Positions 1 to 9,940 of a DNA stretch of 54,963 nt are shown here, piece by piece. Source of the DNA: a virus (Duplodnaviria > Caudoviricetes); the IMG/VR virus record IMGVR_UViG_3300046009_012335, positions 1-54,963 of that record; one strand, written 5' to 3'. A program made the translations under genes and the position numbers. The first letter of the stretch is position 1. Each line of letters opens with the position of its first letter. The notes under the pieces were generated by a model. The model was not told the origin of the DNA, searched no databases, and was given only the letters and a program-made list of their open reading frames with translations.

Positions 1-189
1 AACAACAAACGTCCATTATTGCTTAAGCAATTAGACTTTGGAATTAAATATTATACAAATTCTCAATCTATGTATAATGACAAAGATGGTTCAGCTTCAA
101 GCTTACCTACTATTTTATCTCAATCATCGTACGGAGATAGTGAAATTGAAGATTTAATTAGACAAGGTTACAAACCAGTTATACAATGA
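1..189 (+). CDS. 3' end of an upstream gene (partial); possibly large terminase by gene order
   Basis: Frame 1 is open from base 1 to TGA at 187-189, overlapping the next ATG (ATGA). Identity inferred only from T4-like synteny. Confidence 0.4.
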   Translation, partial: NNKRPLLLKQLDFGIKYYTNSQSMYNDKDGSASSLPTILSQSSYGDSEIEDLIRQGYKPVIQ

Positions 190-797
190 TAATTCCAAAC
201 CCTTTACCTCAATCTCAACTTAATAAAAGTAGATTTGATAAGTTTTTACTTATTTTAAATCTACCCCCTATTATGAGAAACAACAACACTAACAATCTTA
301 ATATTAGAACTAAAGAGTTAGTGCAAAAAGAATCGATTCAGTTTTCAGTTTACGGGTCAGTTATACCAACAGTAAGTGTGCCAGAAGTTGAAGCACCTTA
401 TGCTGGCGGTACATATAAGTTATCATCTAATAGTAGACCTCCTTACGATAATATAACAGTTAATTTTACCATAGATAACAAATTTAACAATTACTGGGTC
501 ATTTATAAATGGTTAGATATAATGAGTGATGATGTAGGTATCATTTATAATACCACTGAAGTTACAGATACTGGTAGAGAAACGTATAAACTTAATCCTA
601 AATTACAACCACAAGCATATCAAACTGATTTTACTCTATATGGTAAGGATGAGTTTGATAACAATATTGTTAAGTTTACATATACAAAAGCTTTTCCTAT
701 TTCTTTAGGATCGATAGACTACAATTATAGAGAGCCTGGTGAGATAGAAACCAGCTTTACTTTCGCCTTTTCACAATTCATCACTGAATTGGTATAA
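186..797 (+). CDS. Tail completion / tube terminator protein, T4 gp3-like (tail-tube fold)
   Basis: IPTVSVP...YDNITVNFTIDNKFNNYWVIYKWL...AFPISLGSIDY...FTFAFS pattern typical of the gp3/gp19 family; next to sheath. Confidence 0.75.
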   Translation: MIIPNPLPQSQLNKSRFDKFLLILNLPPIMRNNNTNNLNIRTKELVQKESIQFSVYGSVIPTVSVPEVEAPYAGGTYKLSSNSRPPYDNITVNFTIDNKFNNYWVIYKWLDIMSDDVGIIYNTTEVTDTGRETYKLNPKLQPQAYQTDFTLYGKDEFDNNIVKFTYTKAFPISLGSIDYNYREPGEIETSFTFAFSQFITELV

Positions 798-813
798 AAG
801 TTGTTCGCGAAAA

Positions 814-821
814 TATAAATA
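814..821 (+). promoter_or_regulatory. T4-type late promoter TATAAATA (representative of about 20 copies of TAAATA 5-8 nt before start codons)
   Basis: Exact T4 late consensus, 7 nt upstream of the sheath ATG at 829. Confidence 0.8.
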
Positions 822-828
822 ATAGTAT

Positions 829-3234
829 ATGGCTCGCACAATTGAATCTCCAGGTGTACAAATTACAGAAATTGATCTCAGCACAAGACCAGACGTCCCA
901 ACAGGTACAAGTGTCTTAGTAGCAGGGTTTGCTGCTCAAGGACCGTCTGATGAAGTAATTGAGGTTACTAGCTTGTCAGAATTCACAAATATTTTCGGTC
1001 AGCCACAGACACCAGCTGAAAGATATTTTTATCACTCTGCTGCACCTCTATTCAATACAGCAGCAAGAGTTTACACATATAAATTACCATACGGTGCAGG
1101 TTCAGGAACAGGTTTCGGTGCTAATTACGGTGCATTAGTTTATCCAGTAAGACCAGTTTCTATTGATTATTCAAACCCAGCAACTTACGGTAATACATTA
1201 TCAAGATTTAGCACTTTATCAGCCAATGTATTATATCTAGTAGGTAAACCAACACACTTTGAGCTAACCTCTGATCAATATAATAGCTTATTACAAGGTT
1301 CGTTCCAATGGTCTGATGTACCAGGAACATCATTTAACTCAGTTTCCGATTTCGGTAAAGCAGGTTTTATAGTTCTTAATAAAGGCCAAACATCTGTCAA
1401 CGACATGTTTGAAGGTTACTATATCGGTGCTGTAGATAATTCGAACCTTACACCGGCATCTGATTTTACAGCTGTATTAAATGTATTATCGTTATCAAAC
1501 AGTGCAGTTTCTACAACAAACTACTTAACAGTTCCTTCAACAAGATTAAACTTCGCGCTTTCATCGCAATCAGATAATATTCCAACAACAGACATTGCTG
1601 GTAACCGTGGTTCAAGCGTTTCACAAGTACTTGAAAATGCTTCTACGTTTGATCTATTCGGTGAAACATTTAACGATTCTATTATACTTGGTGTATTCAA
1701 ATTACAGCAATCAGTATTCTCACCAACTACAATCAAATTAGATTACGTCTTTAGTGAGAAGTATGTCGGATCATTCGACTATTGGAGACAAATTAATTCA
1801 CAAAACGGTGGACAGCCAGAAAACTTCTTCTTACCAGCTAAGGATGATGCATCACCTAACATTACGATGTTAGTCAATGATTACATTTCCCATAAGAATG
1901 GTCAAACATGGTTAACTACAGCCGGTGTTCCATCGAACATGGTAAGATTCGTTACTAATAACTACGCAACCAATGCAAGTGCTGCAACATTATTAAGAAC
2001 ATTATCAACATCTTACGGAATTATTAACCCAGCTACTGCAACTGCTCAAGCTAACTCATTAGCATTAGCATTGACCGGTGCGTATGCAACTTTAGGTCAA
2101 GCAGACAACTTGTTTACAGTCGGGGCTTATTCAAACACAGACGTAAAGACAAAAGATCTTGGATCAATTCCACAAAAGCTTGATCGTTTATTTGACGTAG
2201 CAGAAAATACGGAACTATATGACATCGATCTATCAATCGATGCTGGTATGTCAACGATATTTGCAGTAAGCCAGTACATTAAGTCAACACCAAGCTTATC
2301 ATCAACTGTAAATTACTTTGATGATACGGTATTCGTTGCTCCAGTCACTGGTCTATACACAACTGTTCCAGAAAACATTACACCGGAAGCAGCAACCTTT
2401 AAGAATAATTACTTAACAATTGTTAACAAGTATGCAGACTTTGCTGGTCTTGCAAGAAAAGATCACCTTTTCATTGCTGACTTACCAAGAAACATATTCG
2501 TACAAGGACAAAACTTCTTACCACTAAGCAATCCTAATTACAACTTCTCGTTGAACATCTATTCACCGATCAGAAATGTAATAGTACCATTGAATACAAG
2601 CTATTCAACGACTTATGCTAACTGGGCTAAGGTATTTGACAATGTATTGCAAGACTTCTGCTGGGTACCATTCTCAGGATTTGCTGCAACAGCAATGGCA
2701 AATACAGATACACTCTTCCAACCATGGTTTGCACCAGCAGGCTTTGTAAGAGGTAACGTTCCAGGTGTTGTTGATCTTGCTCTTGTACCAAAACAAAAGC
2801 AAAGAGATCAATTATACAAGATATCTACAAATCCAGTAACTTTCTTCCCGAATGAAGGGTATGTAATATACGGTCAAAAGACCCTATTAAAGCAACCAAG
2901 TGCATTTGATAGAATCAATGTAAGACGTCTATTCTTAACTCTTGAAAAGGCTACAGCAAATACAGTTAAATTCTTTGTATTTGAACCTAATACGCTTTTA
3001 ACAAGAACAAGAGTAGTAAATGCATTGACACCTATCTTTGAAAACGCAAAGAACACTGAAGGATTATATGATTACTTGATTGTTTGTGATGAAAGAAACA
3101 ATCCTCCAGCAGTTATTGACGCAAATGAATTAGTTGTTGACATTTATCTCAAGCCAGTAAGAACAGCAGAATTCATTCTTGTTAACTTCTACGCTACTCG
3201 TACAAGCACAAACTTCCAAGAATTGATCGGTTAA
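829..3234 (+). CDS. Contractile tail sheath protein, T4 gp18-like
   Basis: N-terminal SPGVQITEIDLS; C-terminal PWFAPAG, GQKTL, SAFDRINVRRLF, FEPN, DIYLKPVRTAEFI. Confidence 0.97.
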   Translation: MARTIESPGVQITEIDLSTRPDVPTGTSVLVAGFAAQGPSDEVIEVTSLSEFTNIFGQPQTPAERYFYHSAAPLFNTAARVYTYKLPYGAGSGTGFGANYGALVYPVRPVSIDYSNPATYGNTLSRFSTLSANVLYLVGKPTHFELTSDQYNSLLQGSFQWSDVPGTSFNSVSDFGKAGFIVLNKGQTSVNDMFEGYYIGAVDNSNLTPASDFTAVLNVLSLSNSAVSTTNYLTVPSTRLNFALSSQSDNIPTTDIAGNRGSSVSQVLENASTFDLFGETFNDSIILGVFKLQQSVFSPTTIKLDYVFSEKYVGSFDYWRQINSQNGGQPENFFLPAKDDASPNITMLVNDYISHKNGQTWLTTAGVPSNMVRFVTNNYATNASAATLLRTLSTSYGIINPATATAQANSLALALTGAYATLGQADNLFTVGAYSNTDVKTKDLGSIPQKLDRLFDVAENTELYDIDLSIDAGMSTIFAVSQYIKSTPSLSSTVNYFDDTVFVAPVTGLYTTVPENITPEAATFKNNYLTIVNKYADFAGLARKDHLFIADLPRNIFVQGQNFLPLSNPNYNFSLNIYSPIRNVIVPLNTSYSTTYANWAKVFDNVLQDFCWVPFSGFAATAMANTDTLFQPWFAPAGFVRGNVPGVVDLALVPKQKQRDQLYKISTNPVTFFPNEGYVIYGQKTLLKQPSAFDRINVRRLFLTLEKATANTVKFFVFEPNTLLTRTRVVNALTPIFENAKNTEGLYDYLIVCDERNNPPAVIDANELVVDIYLKPVRTAEFILVNFYATRTSTNFQELIG

Positions 3235-3235
3235 T

Positions 3236-3427
3236 ATGAATAAAGGCAACACTATAATCTTCACAACACCGTTTGATAGTAATGAACGTACTGGAGTCAT
3301 TCAAGAGGTGACTTCAGCAGGTTATCTAGTAAACGGTGTTTGGTATGGTAAAAATGATATCAAAGTGAAAAATATTTTACTTGACAGTAGAAATTCCTAC
3401 GACAATAACCAACTAATCCTTGGTTAA
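3236..3427 (+). CDS. Hypothetical protein (63 aa)
   Basis: Fills the gap between sheath and tube, starts 1 nt after the sheath stop. Confidence 0.7.
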   Translation: MNKGNTIIFTTPFDSNERTGVIQEVTSAGYLVNGVWYGKNDIKVKNILLDSRNSYDNNQLILG

Positions 3428-3465
3428 GTTTAAAGTAAAAATGACACTAAAACATAAATAATAAT

Positions 3466-4011
3466 ATGGCAGACGTAAAACAAACGATATCAGATTTTTA
3501 CACGCAGGCACAAACAAGAGATTTCTCACGTACTAATCTCTTTAGAGTGCTAAACATCAATTTCGGTGATGGTAGCACACAAGTTATTGGTGAAAACGAT
3601 TTAGTGTATGCTAGAACAGCTTCATTACCTGCTAAGAGTATTACAACTAACGCTGTACCATATATGGGGCTTAACTTCAACGTTCCAGGTGTAGCTCAAT
3701 ATCCTGGTAGCGACGCATACGTTATTAACTTTTACGCTGATGCAGCTCAAGAATTAAGAGAAAAGTTCCTATTAGTTGTAAACGATACATTCAATGATGC
3801 AACTTCTACAGGTAATTACTTCACACCAAAGCAATCAGCAGTAATTGATTTAGTTCAATTAGATAAGCAACTAGTTAAAATTGCTCAATATCAATTAGTT
3901 GGTGTTGCAATTAAGGAAGTAGGAGCTTTAGCATATGATATGACATCAACAGGTGATATTCAAAACTTTGATGTAACGTTAACATATCATTATTTCCGTA
4001 AAACAGCCTAA
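3466..4011 (+). CDS. Tail tube protein, T4 gp19-like
   Basis: RTNLFRV, ARTASLPA, VPYMGLNFNVPG, LVQLD, FDVTLTYHYF; follows sheath; late promoter at 3455-3460. Confidence 0.9.
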   Translation: MADVKQTISDFYTQAQTRDFSRTNLFRVLNINFGDGSTQVIGENDLVYARTASLPAKSITTNAVPYMGLNFNVPGVAQYPGSDAYVINFYADAAQELREKFLLVVNDTFNDATSTGNYFTPKQSAVIDLVQLDKQLVKIAQYQLVGVAIKEVGALAYDMTSTGDIQNFDVTLTYHYFRKTA

Positions 4012-4037
4012 TTTATAGCTCATATTATTAACAAACT

Positions 4038-4065
4038 ATACCGTACATCACTGTACGGTATTTTT
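4038..4065 (+). terminator. Rho-independent terminator after tail tube gene
   Basis: ATACCGTACA-TCAC-TGTACGGTAT 10-bp hairpin followed by T run. Confidence 0.85.
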
Positions 4066-4081
4066 ATGCTTAAATATTTCT

Positions 4082-4942
4082 ATGTCAGGTATTTTAAACT
4101 CAATAGGTAATGCTACTAAAGGTTTAGCTACTATAGGTGGTATTACTAATCAAGGTGGCTTACCAGCACCAAGTGTAGTTGTTTCAAATCTTGCTATACC
4201 TGGTGTACCTTTAATAAGCTTTAGAGATTACTTCTTAACATCCCTTGAATCTTGGTTTGCTTCTATACCCTTACGTACACAATTTATAGTTTTAATTGAA
4301 AGTTTTCCAGACGATCTTACAACTTCTATCATGCAACAGCTTGAACTAGTGCAAGCTGATAAGAAAGGTTGGGATATTGATAAAGCTAAGTCAGTATTGA
4401 CATCATATCCATTTAATAATGTAGTGGGATGTTTATTTGTTGATGGTGCTTCCATTCCTGACGATGTTTTAACTGCTGAAGTTGCTTCTATTCCTAATAA
4501 TAGAGGCTTTACACAAGGTGGTGTTTTAGGAAATAGAGAAGCTTTTGCATCTAACAATTTAACCATACAAATAAGAGAGACTAATACGTCTTTTGTTGAT
4601 CTAGTAATGAGACCATGGGTAATATTATCAGCTCATAGAGGTTTTATAGCTCAAGAATTACCTCAAAGAAACATAAAAACCAATATTACCGTGATACAAT
4701 ACGCTAAAACGTTTCAAAACATTTCTCAAATACCTAGAAAAATTTGGAGATATTACAATTGTGCTCCTCTATCAGTAGGTACACGTAATTTAACTTACGA
4801 TACTGAAGATATTGAATCATATGATGTAAGTTGGTTATATGATTACTATACTATTGAAAATAGTCTATACATTCCATTACCAGATATTATTTCTAAGATT
4901 GGTAAAGGGAACATACCTAGAATATCTCCATTACAGAGATGA
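4082..4942 (+). CDS. Tail-tube-fold baseplate protein (gp54/gp48-like tube initiator)
   Basis: Tube-like pattern (DGASIP, LTIQIRETN, RPW, YYNCAPLSVG, YDVSWLYDYY); position after tube. Confidence 0.65.
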   Translation: MSGILNSIGNATKGLATIGGITNQGGLPAPSVVVSNLAIPGVPLISFRDYFLTSLESWFASIPLRTQFIVLIESFPDDLTTSIMQQLELVQADKKGWDIDKAKSVLTSYPFNNVVGCLFVDGASIPDDVLTAEVASIPNNRGFTQGGVLGNREAFASNNLTIQIRETNTSFVDLVMRPWVILSAHRGFIAQELPQRNIKTNITVIQYAKTFQNISQIPRKIWRYYNCAPLSVGTRNLTYDTEDIESYDVSWLYDYYTIENSLYIPLPDIISKIGKGNIPRISPLQR

Positions 4943-5727
4943 TATCACAGTATTTTAATTACCCAAAAAACGGTAAACAGTATAAGATAAAAGAAATTTC
5001 GTTTCAGCAGTTTAAACTTCTCAATAAACGTCTTCTTAATGAAGATTTAAAAGATTTAAACGATGTTTTTGAAGAAGTGTGTAGTGGGGTAGTTAATGGA
5101 AAAAATTTAAACAGTTTAGAAAAATTTTACTGCTTAATGATTCTTAGAACCATGATTCATGGTAATGATTTTTCATTCAAAAATAACGATGTTGTTATTA
5201 ACATCAACATTAATACTCTTTTAGATAAACTTAATTTAAATTTTGAAGATATAGTTTTTGAATATGAAAAGAAAAAATATTATTTTAACCTGCCTAAAAA
5301 TTTTTATCATGAAACAGCTTTAGATCTAATTATTGACTGTTTAGTTGGCATTGAAATAAAAAACAATAAGTGGGATTGTAGTGAGATTACTTATAAAAAA
5401 TATAAAATTGATATACTGCAAGAAATTTCATTACCACTTGCTACTGTGTATAAATTGTTGGATGAAAAATTTCAAACATATAGTTTTGAATTTTACAAAG
5501 AATTTGTCTTTAAGATTACAGATGGTTCACTATTAATGCTGTTGAGAAGGTTATTTTACCTCGATATGTCATCATTGTATGATTTTGAATATAGCTGTAT
5601 TAGAAGTTTGAATTTAGGAGTAACTGATATGAGTGTGTATACGTTACCTGAACTTAGAATATTCTTACAACTTCTCACAAAAGAACTTAAGAGTAAGCAA
5701 GGTAGTAATAATGAGTTGAATAGTTAA
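4939..5727 (+). CDS. Putative baseplate hub assembly protein (gp26-like)
   Basis: YKIKEISFQQFKLL and LEKFYCLMILR resemble gp26-type proteins; ATGA-coupled to the upstream gene. Confidence 0.45.
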   Translation: MISQYFNYPKNGKQYKIKEISFQQFKLLNKRLLNEDLKDLNDVFEEVCSGVVNGKNLNSLEKFYCLMILRTMIHGNDFSFKNNDVVINININTLLDKLNLNFEDIVFEYEKKKYYFNLPKNFYHETALDLIIDCLVGIEIKNNKWDCSEITYKKYKIDILQEISLPLATVYKLLDEKFQTYSFEFYKEFVFKITDGSLLMLLRRLFYLDMSSLYDFEYSCIRSLNLGVTDMSVYTLPELRIFLQLLTKELKSKQGSNNELNS

Positions 5728-5747
5728 AGTTAATAGTAAATACCTTT

Positions 5748-6488
5748 ATGAGCAATAATAATTTCAATGATATTTTACAAGAGATCAATAGTACTAAGAC
5801 TACCTTTGAAGCTTATGCTCCATCTACTGAAACTACAGTTCAGTTTCTTCCTTTAACTCTTGCTCAGCAGAAAAACATTATTGAAACGTCAGTTGACTCA
5901 TCTATTGGTGCTTTATTCTTTAATAATACGTTTTATAAAATTTTAAAGCAAAATATTAAAGATGATATTTCTAAGTATAACACTATTGACCGTGTAAATT
6001 TTGCATTGCAATTAAGAAGTCAATTATCTGATACATATGTAAAAAATGATAATAAGATTTCTCTTAAAGATTTATTAGCTAAAAACAAAACAGTAACTGG
6101 TAATATTTTAAGTACAGAAATTGCATCTGATAATTTCACATTTGTCGTGCAAGTACCTAATTTAACGCTAGATGATAAGGTAAACACCATTTTACTTAAC
6201 AAGTATCGTAGTGAAAATCTTAATGGTGGTAAGTTAAAGACGTTAATTAGCGATCTTTTCGTTTACGAAATACTTAAATTTATAGTAAAGGTGAAAATTA
6301 ACGGTAAAGAGTTAGATCTACATCAAGATCTAAATGCTAGTGCCAATTTACTTGAAAAGATAGATAGTATACATCTGGTTAAGGTAACAAACTATATTAA
6401 TGATGTAAGAGATGTGGAGAAAAATCTTGCGACTTTTGCAGGATCCAGTGTAAGCGTTGATATAGTTCCTGATTTCTTTATAGTATAG
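5748..6488 (+). CDS. Putative baseplate hub assembly protein (gp26-like)
   Basis: APSTETTVQFLPLTLAQQKNII, IDRVNFALQLRSQ, C-terminal DFF; precedes tape-measure candidate. Confidence 0.55.
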   Translation: MSNNNFNDILQEINSTKTTFEAYAPSTETTVQFLPLTLAQQKNIIETSVDSSIGALFFNNTFYKILKQNIKDDISKYNTIDRVNFALQLRSQLSDTYVKNDNKISLKDLLAKNKTVTGNILSTEIASDNFTFVVQVPNLTLDDKVNTILLNKYRSENLNGGKLKTLISDLFVYEILKFIVKVKINGKELDLHQDLNASANLLEKIDSIHLVKVTNYINDVRDVEKNLATFAGSSVSVDIVPDFFIV

Positions 6489-6516
6489 TAATTATATATT
6501 TGCCATAAATATAAGT

Positions 6517-8316
6517 ATGGCAGCTGCTGATAAAACGTTAACCGATGTACTTTCTTTACTAACTAAAGTATCGTCACAGTTAAGTGTAAAGATAGATAAG
6601 CTTGAAAAGATGGTTGCAATTAAGCAACCTAAAGCAGAAATAGATAATAAAGATGTAAAAACTAAGGTTACACAAACCTCAGCAATTGATAAGCTATTAG
6701 CAACTCAACTAAAACAGACTGAACCAGAAAAGGTAGTTGAAGAAGAAACTAAAGTGCAGGTTTCAAGTTTCGGTAAAGATGCTGAAACATTTTTAACTAA
6801 ATTGATAGGTGCTACTGCACCTAAACCTACTAAACCTAAAAAAGTAAGCGAAGAGGATGGATTGGTTTCTAAGCTAATGAAATTCCTGCCTATGGTTGGT
6901 CTAGTATTAGGTGGGTTAGGTGGTTTCTTAGCATCTTTATTAAGCGGTGATTTTAAAAATGTACTAGAGCAAATTAAAGCAGGAGATTTTCTCGGTGCTT
7001 TACAAACAGCTGGTAAGATAATATTCAAAACTATACAACCGTATATACAAAGTATACCTATTATCGGTCCAATTTATTCCTTTGCTCAAGCTTATTTAGA
7101 AATAGAAAAAGGTAACATAATTCCAGGGTTAAAATATTTAGCGCAAGGATTTGTAGGTCTTTTACCACTACCGTATGCTGTAAAAGCAGCTATGATAGGT
7201 GGTGTAGAAATGATAGGATCTTTGGTTGAGAAAAAATATCCAGAAATTAAAATACCAACCGGTAAAGGTGATGATGTATTACCTATAGCATTCAATGCAA
7301 TTGGTAAAATATTGAAATTCGGTGTCTTCAAAAGATTGCCGGTACTAGGCTCAGCAATTAACTTTTATGAAGCATACCAAGCTTTTGAAAGTGGTGGAGC
7401 TGCAGGTATTGCAAAAGGTTTAATTAATTTAGGTTCAGGTATAGCTAATTTATTCCCCGGATATGGTACGCTTATATCTATAGGTTTGGATATTTTAAGC
7501 TCTTTAATCTTTTCAGAAGAAGAAGTTGTGGATACTACAACAGGTAAAACGGTAAAACGTATTAGAATGACAGATTTCTACAATACGATATTACCATATG
7601 TCAAAAGAATTCCTTTTGTAGGTAATTTAATAAATTTAGGCGAAGGTATATATGATATATCTAATGGTGATACTATGCAAGGTATCAAAAAATTAGCAAT
7701 GTCTTTGCCATTTGTGGGGGTATTGGTTGAGAGTTTTGAAGTAACAATGGGAACATATGCTAACATATATAATAAAGGCTTAACTCCTATAAGAAATTTC
7801 TACATTAATTTACAAAAGAGTATATTGAAAAATATTTTAATGACTTTACCTGACTCTTTTGGTATAAGAGGAGCGGTAGCAAAGTTTTTCGGTATTTCTT
7901 TAAATGAAGTAGATGCTTCTACTGAAAAGCTTCCAGATTTTAATTTACCAACTACACCATCAAGACAAACTTTAGAAGAAGATAGACAGAAGCAGCTAGA
8001 AACGTTCTTACCACCAGAGCAGTCTACAACCTTACCTGAAACTAATATCAATCCTAATGAAAGAGTTGAGGATATTCTTAATCAGCAGACCAAACTATCA
8101 GATGAAAATAAGAAAGTTTTAGAAAATCTTTCTGAAGCTCAAAGCTCTCTTCTATCAAAACAATTAGAAATGATGGGTAAGCAGCTCAGCATTTTAAATG
8201 AAATAAAATCTAACCTATCTAAGCCTACAAGTAATGTAGTATCAAGCCCTACTGTTGTAACTAACAATTATAACCAGGGAGTATCATTAAGAGGTTTACA
8301 AGGCGTACCAGCATAA
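6517..8316 (+). CDS. Tape measure / baseplate hub protein candidate (gp29-like)
   Basis: Repeated amphipathic (K/R)xIP(I/F/V)xG helices, coiled-coil ends, C-terminal SSPTVVTNN; baseplate context. Confidence 0.6.
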   Translation: MAAADKTLTDVLSLLTKVSSQLSVKIDKLEKMVAIKQPKAEIDNKDVKTKVTQTSAIDKLLATQLKQTEPEKVVEEETKVQVSSFGKDAETFLTKLIGATAPKPTKPKKVSEEDGLVSKLMKFLPMVGLVLGGLGGFLASLLSGDFKNVLEQIKAGDFLGALQTAGKIIFKTIQPYIQSIPIIGPIYSFAQAYLEIEKGNIIPGLKYLAQGFVGLLPLPYAVKAAMIGGVEMIGSLVEKKYPEIKIPTGKGDDVLPIAFNAIGKILKFGVFKRLPVLGSAINFYEAYQAFESGGAAGIAKGLINLGSGIANLFPGYGTLISIGLDILSSLIFSEEEVVDTTTGKTVKRIRMTDFYNTILPYVKRIPFVGNLINLGEGIYDISNGDTMQGIKKLAMSLPFVGVLVESFEVTMGTYANIYNKGLTPIRNFYINLQKSILKNILMTLPDSFGIRGAVAKFFGISLNEVDASTEKLPDFNLPTTPSRQTLEEDRQKQLETFLPPEQSTTLPETNINPNERVEDILNQQTKLSDENKKVLENLSEAQSSLLSKQLEMMGKQLSILNEIKSNLSKPTSNVVSSPTVVTNNYNQGVSLRGLQGVPA

Positions 8317-8334
8317 CTGTAATTAAATATTAAC

Positions 8335-9573
8335 ATGGCAGATCTCTGGAAACTAATAAGAAAGGATGATAGAAACCAAACAGTCCCGGTTCTATTACCT
8401 GCTAGCAGTGCTCCAAATGTTCAATCAGATGATTTAGCTGACATTTATAGTGTTTCTAGACTATACGAAGGTGTTAATGCATCATCGGTTATAGATGTTG
8501 TTAACAAATTTCCATGGACTAACAGCCCAGAAAGCTCTCGTTTAGATACACCAACTATTCAGTTAATAGAGAAAAGACTTTTAATGAATAGTGTGTTAAC
8601 TAATTTAGCTAACTCTATTTTCACTACTGCAGATTCAGGTTCTTCTTTTTTCGGTACAGGAGCTAGATCAGCTTTACAACAAGCCATCAATGCAGGCCCA
8701 GCAGGTGTTGCTACTTTTTTACGTACACCACCACCTCCACCAGAAAATTCTTCTTCTACAGCTAATCAACAAGGTTTTGTAGGTAAATTAATATCAGAGA
8801 CTGCTCAAGCAACCATTGGTGCAATTAACTCAGTTAGAGGATCAGAAGGGGGAGTTAAGATAGCTGATGCTTTAGAAAATATATCACAACTTTATTCTTC
8901 TTTTCAATTAGGTAATCCTGTTTTATCTCCTTATGACTTTCTTTACTCTACTGAAAAGACAGGTTTTGTGTATGATTTACCATTTTTAAGCCAAAATAAT
9001 TTTAATACTACTTCTACATCATTCGGAGAGTCTAAAAGCGGTAATTTATTAGCCGGTTCAATAACTAATATATTTTCAGAATTAGCTAGAAGCTCTACTG
9101 CTTTAGTTGGTACAATTAAACCTGGTACATATATTGAACAAGCTAAACAATTTTCAATGGGTGAATCAGGAAGAACAGTAGATATATCATTTCCTCTTTT
9201 AAACACGAAAAAGTTTGAAGATATTGCATTGAATTGGCAGTTAATTTTTGGATTGATTTATCAAAATAGACCAGGTAGGGTTACAAGATCTATTATAGAT
9301 ATGCCTGTTATATATGAAGTAAATTGTCCAGGAGTAGTCTATATGCCATTTGCTTACATAAGAAGTCTTTCCATAGACTTTATAGGAAATAGAAGAGAAG
9401 TAAAAATTAATGTACCGGTAGGTGATCAAGCAAGAGGAGGATCAACAGTATTAACAACTATAGTTCCTGATGCCTATCAGATTAATATAAATGTTGAAGG
9501 TCTTAATGATGAAACAAGAAACTTTTTATATGCTAGCGTTACTCAAAGCCCTGTAACAGTAGGAGGAGTATAA
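8335..9573 (+). CDS. Baseplate tail-tube cap/initiator (gp48-like)
   Basis: GRTVDISFPLLN, PVIYEV, AYIRSLSIDFIG tube-fold pattern; upstream of gp53-like gene. Confidence 0.55.
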   Translation: MADLWKLIRKDDRNQTVPVLLPASSAPNVQSDDLADIYSVSRLYEGVNASSVIDVVNKFPWTNSPESSRLDTPTIQLIEKRLLMNSVLTNLANSIFTTADSGSSFFGTGARSALQQAINAGPAGVATFLRTPPPPPENSSSTANQQGFVGKLISETAQATIGAINSVRGSEGGVKIADALENISQLYSSFQLGNPVLSPYDFLYSTEKTGFVYDLPFLSQNNFNTTSTSFGESKSGNLLAGSITNIFSELARSSTALVGTIKPGTYIEQAKQFSMGESGRTVDISFPLLNTKKFEDIALNWQLIFGLIYQNRPGRVTRSIIDMPVIYEVNCPGVVYMPFAYIRSLSIDFIGNRREVKINVPVGDQARGGSTVLTTIVPDAYQININVEGLNDETRNFLYASVTQSPVTVGGV

Positions 9574-9574
9574 T

Positions 9575-9940
9575 ATGCTTGGACAATATCAAAATTATAT
9601 CAAAGATTTACCTAATTTAGAACTTTACAGATACGAAAATATCTTTAAAGTGTATCAAATAGATGAGAAAAATTTTTACTTTTATAATATAATAAAGAAC
9701 ATAAAAGTACCTAATGATATAGATAATACTGTTTTTCAATTGATATCTTATAATGGGGCAATGCCTTTAACTACAATGAGTTATCAATTATATGGAACTA
9801 CTTACCTATGGTGGTTAATATGTATATTAAACAATATACAAAACCCATACGATGTAAAGAATTTTGGTAAACAACTAAAAGTATTAAAGCCACAATTTCT
9901 CAAACCTGTTTTAGATTCTATTAAAGCACAATTGCAATGA
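9575..9940 (+). CDS. Baseplate wedge protein, T4 gp53-like (LysM-like)
   Basis: SYQLYGTTYLWWLICILNNIQNP signature. Confidence 0.85.
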   Translation: MLGQYQNYIKDLPNLELYRYENIFKVYQIDEKNFYFYNIIKNIKVPNDIDNTVFQLISYNGAMPLTTMSYQLYGTTYLWWLICILNNIQNPYDVKNFGKQLKVLKPQFLKPVLDSIKAQLQ

